Positions 56,886 through 64,000 of a stretch of DNA of 64,000 nt are shown here, in pieces. The stretch is from Eledone cirrhosa (lineage: Eukaryota), in the NCBI GenBank assembly GCA_964016885.1, contig OZ024740.1, positions 347,324,001 to 347,388,000 on the forward strand. Direction: 5' to 3'. The position numbers and the translations under genes were made by a program. Numbering within the stretch: position 1 is the first letter of the stretch; the number at the start of each line of letters is the position of its first letter. The notes below the pieces were generated by a model, which searched no databases, was not told the DNA's origin, and was given only the letters and a program-made list of their open reading frames with translations.

Positions 56886-57281
56886 TTCACAATTATTATT
56901 ATTTTCAATAAGTAAATATATATATATATATAGACGTATATATTTTGTTCCGCTCATCTCAATTTTATAGTTCTGGTATCTCAAATTAATACCATTGAAC
57001 AACAACTGTATTATAGACTCCCTATATATTTCCGTGGGTACTTATTACCTGTGGGGATATTAATCTCATTTTATGTATATTCTCCCATGTGTAGAGAGAA
57101 AAACGTTGTACCTAGCTGCTATTTTTAGTAGTGTGAAATACAACAAGTCTATAATATTCCCGCTTTCACTATATACAGTTCACGTGTAGGTCATTTTAAC
57201 GGCCCACTCGATCTTTCACTAGCTGGCAGTAGGCGATGTATTTGCATGCTATGGGACTTTACGTCCTATGTAATGAAAATA

Positions 57282-57360
57282 GCTTTCTGAAGAGCCGATC
57301 TTTCCATTGGAAGTCTTTGGGATTTCCAATCTTTTGTGAGGCGAAACCGTCGGTAAAAGC
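57282..57360 (+). ncRNA. canonical type I hammerhead (family Q, element about 56940-57450 with direct repeats TTGTTCCGCTCATCT)
   Basis: gcttt CTGAAGA gcc...ggc GAAA ccg-t-cgg TA aaagc. Confidence 0.8.
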
Positions 57361-57464
57361 AATTTGGATAGGTAAATATTTAAATTGTATTATAATTTAT
57401 TTTAAAATAATGTTTAAAGTTTACTTGTTCCGCTCATCTATATTTTATATATTATATATATATA

Positions 57465-58252
57465 TATTTATTAAAATAACAGATTAAAGTTTAAGCAAAG
57501 AATCGCTGTTTTCACCCTTAACGGGATCTTCTGAAACTAACAAAGTCAATCTGTAAACGGAGAATTGGATATTTCAAAAAACGTTGCAACCGGAGGAAGA
57601 CAGGAAGACGTTACTTTGGTTCGTGGAAACGTTCGCTGGCAAAGAACGGAAAAAAAACGAATATAATACGTCATTAATAGGAGCGGTGAAAAACAATTGT
57701 TCTTAACTTTGTAGCGGAGATTCATTGGCTCTCCTAGTTAGAATTTTAGTCTACGACTTCTGCTATACCATTTACGTGGCTTTGTCTTTGCGTACTATTT
57801 TTCTCTACGCTCCACTTATGACGTATTATCTTCGTTTTTTTCGTTCATTGCCAGAGAACGTCTCTATGAACCACCTAAGAGAACATTAGTCTACGACCTC
57901 TTTTATACCATTAACGTGGTTCTGTCTTTGCGCGTAATTGTTTTTCACCGCTCCTATTAATTACGTATTATATCGTTTTTTTTCCGTTCTTTGCCAGCGA
58001 ACGTTTCCACGAACCAAAGTATCGTCTTCCTGTCTTCCTCCGGTTGCAACGTTTTTTGAAATATCCACTTCTGCGTTTGCAGATTGACTTTGTTAGTTTC
58101 AGAAGATCCCGTTAATGGTGAAAGCAGCGATTCTTCGCTTAAACTTTAATCTGTTATTTTAATAAATATTTGCTCTACGGTTCTTATATATTTGATATAT
58201 ATTTATCCTTATCGAGCCCTCTTTGGATTTTAGTCTTCAAATTTATTATTAT

Positions 58253-58257
<5 letters not shown>
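57465..58257 (+). mobile_element. fold-back element family D, long copy, with CAGAAGA-core motifs at 57488-57538 (-) and 58095-58145 (+)
   Basis: arms about 57465-57698 and 57937-58170; 3' tail to 58257 matches the tail at 17154-17240. Confidence 0.85.
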
Positions 58258-58321
<64 letters not shown>

Positions 58322-58362
58322 GAGAGTAAAACAAAGAATCCTTTAATACATCAAAAGTTTTT

Positions 58363-58407
58363 ATTAGCCGACAATGTTTCGTCCTATTAAGGACTCATCA
58401 GGGCAAT
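58363..58407 (-). ncRNA. canonical type I hammerhead (family N, element about 58318-58588 between (TA)n tracts)
   Basis: gcc CTGATGA gtcct-taat-aggac GAAA cattg TC ggc; G10.1-C11.1 pair and GUC triplet. Confidence 0.85.
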
Positions 58408-58581
58408 CAAAACAACAATAGGTAATATCGGCAGATACAAACCAGAAACTCTGAAGAATATCGGCAGATACAAGCCAGAAACTCTGAAAAATATATGATA
58501 ATAAAAATGAAAATAAAGATAAAAATAATAAAAATATATAATAAGAATAACTAAGGATGTAGATAACATTAAGAACCATAT

Positions 58582-58661
<80 letters not shown>

Positions 58662-60550
58662 AACACCGATCGTGTGAGGTGTTAAACTAATTACTCGGCA
58701 CATTTTCAGTTCATTTGTTACTGCCAATACGTATGTAACCTGAGTTCCTGAAACAATATACAGTAAGTGAATTTTTTATCATTGGTGTAATATAGCATCA
58801 CAGAGCTATGTGTCAAGCAAGCAGTCTCTATGATATAGTTTATATTTTCAGTAACCACCTTATTTGTTTTTGAGGGAATCTGAAGCTTACGGGAAGACAG
58901 AAACACTAAACTGATACATAACTGCGTTGTGATTAACATGAAATTCATGCAATAATATATGAATCATTGTAGGAGAATCTTTGACTGTGTTACGATGATC
59001 TCAAAGAATATGAAGATGAAGATTGTCCAAGATAAATATTCCAACTTGATAGAAAAATTGGGAAAACTAAAAGCTGTTCTAGCAAGGACTTTATTAATTG
59101 CCTGTCTATTTCTCTATATTTGGCAAAGAATACCACAGATATCTAGTAATGGACGAAAATATACCGTTTATTGGTACTTTAACAAAGGAATTTAATAACC
59201 AGAAGAATATACGATTATCAGAGCTCAATGTGAACAAAAATGAGTGGCTAAACGAATTTTCGGTACAAGAAATTATGCCAACATTCGCAAGCGTGCTGAA
59301 TCATTGATGTTAAAACTCAAAACTATTAACTACCAACACACATATTCACATGGCTAGTGATACTGACCACCTCTATAGAATGTGAACAATGACACATTGG
59401 TATAAAATCGATTCAGACAGCCTTTGAACGTCTATATCACTTCGACAATATCTACCAATCACACCATGTCGAAGTGTAATTATAGATAAAGCCCGCAGAC
59501 ATGAACCGAATAGTATCATACGAGATTTACAAGAGCTTCCCGTGAAGTATTAGCTTGCTGGGGACTATGGCAATCGTCACAGCTTTGCCACAATAAAACA
59601 GGAACAAAAGATTTCTCGTTATCAGAATATGACAATGATATCTTATGTTATCAAAAATGAAAAATAAAAAAAAATATCAGAGTGACAGTAATAGATATAT
59701 TGGACCAACCACTAGTACATTAGATTTCAATTTGAAGCGTATACTTTTGTAATCCAGGAAGAGGGTACAAAAACATATCTGGCTAGAAAGGTCTAAAGAT
59801 GCTGGTAAAATACGCTGGTGTTGAATAACAGCGAAAGGAGTTGTACGAAAATGTCATCACGATTCGATATACCTATGAGATATGGTATTTAGGCCTAAAA
59901 TTATACAATATAATCAGTACAACAGGCAGTTATGGGGACGAAAAAGTACGAAGATACAGTTGTGAACAGCATATAAATGAATAGTACAGCGATATCCGTA
60001 TCAAGTGCTGGCATAACATATCAGACATAATGATTGGGGACAGGAAAAGAATGTGCATAAAAATAAAAGAGAAAAGAAATACTCACGATGAAATAATCAA
60101 ACATCCAGACTATATTTTTCTTTATGCTTATATTTGTGGCAACTCATTATTTAAAACAAAAGTTGTCCTATCGCCAATCTTTAGATGTTAGGTTTTATAA
60201 CACAAGAAAAGACAGCTAATTTAGAAGGTACATTCACAAGCCATTAATAGAATTGTGAAATATGAAATTATTCCAGTAGTTTAGCCTATTGTAGGAATAT
60301 ATATATATACATGCATAGACACACAAATGCATATATGTATGCATACATTAGTCAAAACATGAATACGTGCATACATATAAATACATACATGCATACATGC
60401 ATACTTACACACACGCACACGCACGCACACACACACACACGCATATATATATATATTGATCAATTGACCCTCTGAAACGATCGTAACCCAATGAACTAAT
60501 TTTTTTTATTGCTCTATGCAAAAACACACATTTATACACACACACACACA

Positions 60551-60582
<32 letters not shown>

Positions 60583-60721
60583 CGTAGTTACTGTTTTCGA
60601 AATTGGAGAGAAAAAAGCCCTGATTCTGAGTAGTAAACCACCTCTTTATTAGTGAGAAAGTTTAAAGATAAACCATACAATATACATACAGATTCATACA
60701 TACGCACGTACACACATACAT

Positions 60722-60794
<73 letters not shown>

Positions 60795-61781
60795 TATATA
60801 TAGGCATACATACATATATATACATGCATATATACATACATACATAGTTACACACATATACACACTTACGTAAAGATGCATGTGTATGTTTGTGGGTATA
60901 TAAACATACTGGACGAGATAGCATTTACTTGCACGAATGATTTAGATGATCAATAATTCTCTAGTGTTTGTGGTGGGGGGTTCTGTTTGCATGATGCAGG
61001 GGCTGTGTGATGGAGAAGTACAAAAAATGTTTGTTCCTGTCGCCAAATCAAATATTTACATATATTAATATTTCATAGTCGACAGATTCCAAGCGTGGTC
61101 ATCACCTGGCCGCGTGAGGTAAGCACAATACTTAATTCCTGAAAGGCAGACGAAGAACAAACAGTACGATATAATCATATAATTACAAGCTTCATACACA
61201 TGGTCCGGCTCAGAGATGGCTCATTCATTTATATAAAATGTGGTTTTTATCGTTTGACAAACACGAAGAGGGTATGAGAGGAGGTGAATGAGAAAGGATA
61301 AATGTGAAACGTGTAGAAGACAGAGAAAGTGAGTGATAGAACGAGGGAGAGGAATGAGAGGAAGACATGGGGAGAGACCCGAGGAGAGAGGGAAATAGAA
61401 GGGCATAAACAGAATTACAAGTGAAAAATAGATAGGGAGAGGAATTAGATGGATTGAGTGATTACGAAAAAGAAAGGCTTTGGGAAAGAAAAAAAAACAA
61501 GTGATTCAGAGAGACACAGTAAGGGAAAAGATAACGATATGAATAAATACGGAGAGACAGACAGAGAGAGAGAGAGAGAGAGAGAGAGTGTGTGTGTGTG
61601 AGGGAGGTAGAGAGAGAGAGAGAGAGAGATGGAAAAATACAGAGTGAGAAGAGAATAATGAAAGACAGAAATCCACACGTATATAGACGGTTCTATACAC
61701 AGAAAGATAGAATAAGAGAGAAGGAGCGAAAGAGTACCACACAAATGTGTATATATATATACATATACATATATATATTTA

Positions 61782-61819
<38 letters not shown>

Positions 61820-61898
61820 ATATATGTATATATATATATATATATATATACATTTATATATATATGTATATATGTATATATATATATATATATTTCAT

Positions 61899-61945
<47 letters not shown>

Positions 61946-62156
61946 TATATATATATATGTGTGTGTGTGTGTATGTGTGTGCGTGTGTAATTATTATCAT
62001 CATCATCTTTATTATTATTATTATTAAAAATATTATTATCGGTTTTCGAGATATTTGTTTTGCTGATATCTTACTTGTTGGAGAGGTTGATTTTAATATT
62101 ATCATTCCTGCCGCTAGTTATATAGTTGTCAGTGTTGTCTTACTTACATATATATA

Positions 62157-62234
<78 letters not shown>

Positions 62235-62237
<3 letters not shown>

Positions 62238-62627
62238 AAAGAATAGAGGTGTAACACACGAGTTGTGATATATTAGTAGAAGGAAAAGAAAATGCTGACA
62301 AATTTTTCCCAGTGAAAAATAGTTTAGTTAGGAATAAATAAAAATTAGTAATAAGTATTGGTTAGTATTCAGTTTTAGTTTTAAGCTTCTACAGGTTGCG
62401 CATTTCTAATGCTTTTCAAAAATAATTTTGAGATAGAGCGCTCGTGATGTTTGCCACGGGCGCTCTATCTCAAAATTATTTTTGAAAAGCATTAGAAATG
62501 CGCAACCTGTAGAAGCTTAAAACTAAAACTGAATACTAACCAATACTTATTACTAATTTTTATTTATTCCTAACTAAACTATTTTTCACTGGGAGAAATG
62601 TGTCACCATTTTCTTTTCCTTTTACTA

Positions 62628-62632
<5 letters not shown>
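62235..62632. mobile_element. family O fold-back element (~175-bp arms + short tail) in (TA)n
   Basis: arms about 62268-62445 and 62455-62632. Confidence 0.8.
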
Positions 62633-62660
<28 letters not shown>

Positions 62661-62670
62661 CGCATGTATG

Positions 62671-62744
<74 letters not shown>

Positions 62745-62938
62745 CATATATTATATGTAAATATGTATATATAAAAAATATAGATAGATAGAGAGGGGGG
62801 GGGAATAGAGAAGGGGAGAGAGACACGTATGTATATATAAATATATGTGTCCAATATTCACAGTAGCCTTTGTAGCACAACAGAATTTAATTTATTTTGA
62901 ACTAATTACTGCGAGGTTTTGTGACAAATGCCTTATTT

Positions 62939-63007
<69 letters not shown>

Positions 63008-63082
63008 TGTGTGTGGGGTGAGGGTGATTGATAGATAGATTGACAGATTGATAGATAGATAGACAGATAGATATATATATAT

Positions 63083-63173
<91 letters not shown>

Positions 63174-63561
63174 TTATATGGCTACAAAATGAATCGAATA
63201 TTATTATTATTCGATATAAACTCGATATAAATCTTACATTTATATAATACACTATGAGAGCGAGAAACCAAATTCTAATTTTGTTTTTGATTTTCGACAA
63301 AGCCAAACGTAAATTCGCTCGGTATGCAAATTAGGCCTATCACCCAATGTATACATTAAGAAATACTGTATATTTTCAAAAGTTAAAACGAGTGGCAGAG
63401 AGGTACTTAGTGTTGACAGAGGCCATCGATCCAGAAATATGTTGAATGTTCCTAGATGCCACTGCTAGAACGAACTGATGACGATGTTCATCAATTTAAT
63501 ATATATAGTGTAATGAGGATGTTTCCTTGCATACAAACCGAATGGTATTATTATTATTCGA

Positions 63562-63750
63562 GAGGGTGATGGATTGGCCGTATCGGTAGTGAGTCGGACG
63601 CTATGCTTTTCAGTATAGAGTTACGTCCCTTTATGAACTGAGTTCAAATCCCACCGAGGCTAACTTTGCCTTTCATCATTATGGGGTCGATAAAATAAAG
63701 TACCTTAATTTACTTGGAAATTGCTGACCTTGTGCCAAAAGTAGAAACAA
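63562..63750 (+). mobile_element. tRNA-derived SINE, copy 4, with 10-bp target-site duplication
   Basis: A-box-like TTGGCCGTATCGG, B-box GAGTTCAAATCC; TATTATTCGA at 63552-63561 and 63751-63760. Confidence 0.88.
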
Positions 63751-63829
63751 TATTATTCGATATGAAACTCATATACATGTATGCTTATATATATATATAT
63801 ATATATGAGTGTGTATGTGTATATATGTA

Positions 63830-63874
<45 letters not shown>

Positions 63875-63876
<2 letters not shown>

Positions 63877-64000
63877 CGAAGGAAATGTGGTAAGGAACCA
63901 GGTGGACCATAACGCACCAAAGTACTCAATACTTGAGGTAGTAGAGTGGGTAATAGGAACCAGTAAGACCCCGACAGCTGAGCTCAAGCCGTTTCGACGG
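63875..64000. mobile_element. family C fold-back element, left arm (cut by window end)
   Basis: near-identical to 8388-8513; preceded by (TA)n. Confidence 0.8.

Larger units (their letters stand above)
53842..56915 (-). mobile_element. 5'-truncated, decayed Naiad-like PLE whose 3' end is family G
   Basis: RT thumb (KIVNFLDVTLNL..YYPFHK..SNHP), linker, CNCRNKSNCPLNNNCL, IVY..YVGST; ~1.9-kb 3' UTR with internal direct duplications; HHR at the 3' end. Confidence 0.85.

Noticed and set aside
58700-59320. Possible coding exons (ORFs 58718-58948, 58959-59195, 59098-59307)
   Set aside because: No recognisable domain and no consistent frame or splice pair that I can support.

Overview
This is AT-rich, microsatellite-saturated eukaryotic intergenic or intronic DNA. 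The SINE family and repeat landscape suggest an octopod cephalopod (inference). No host protein-coding gene is confidently visible, and nearly all short ORFs in the track are microsatellite artefacts. Recognisable content: one intact and one decayed Tx1/L1-type LINE, RLE-type non-LTR fragments (R4/Dong-like, CRE-like), four tRNA-derived SINEs, a non-autonomous Helitron, MITEs, and five Penelope-like element (PLE) fragments with GIY-YIG endonuclease. The main signal is a dense population of short elements sitting in (TA)n tracts, from more than a dozen sequence families. Most are built as fold-back palindromes, tandem arrays or direct-repeat units around type I hammerhead ribozyme (HHR) motifs. 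By eye I count about 30 full or near-full cores plus several half-ribozymes. Several carry non-canonical cores (CAGAAGA, UUGANAA, CCGAAGA), one has a ~116-nt stem II, and one forms a ~430-bp retrozyme-like tandem array with an octamer motif and T6 run in each unit. Several families link directly to the 3' ends of GIY-YIG PLEs in the same window. All alignments and folds were done by eye; boundaries are approximate and no ribozyme activity is demonstrated.
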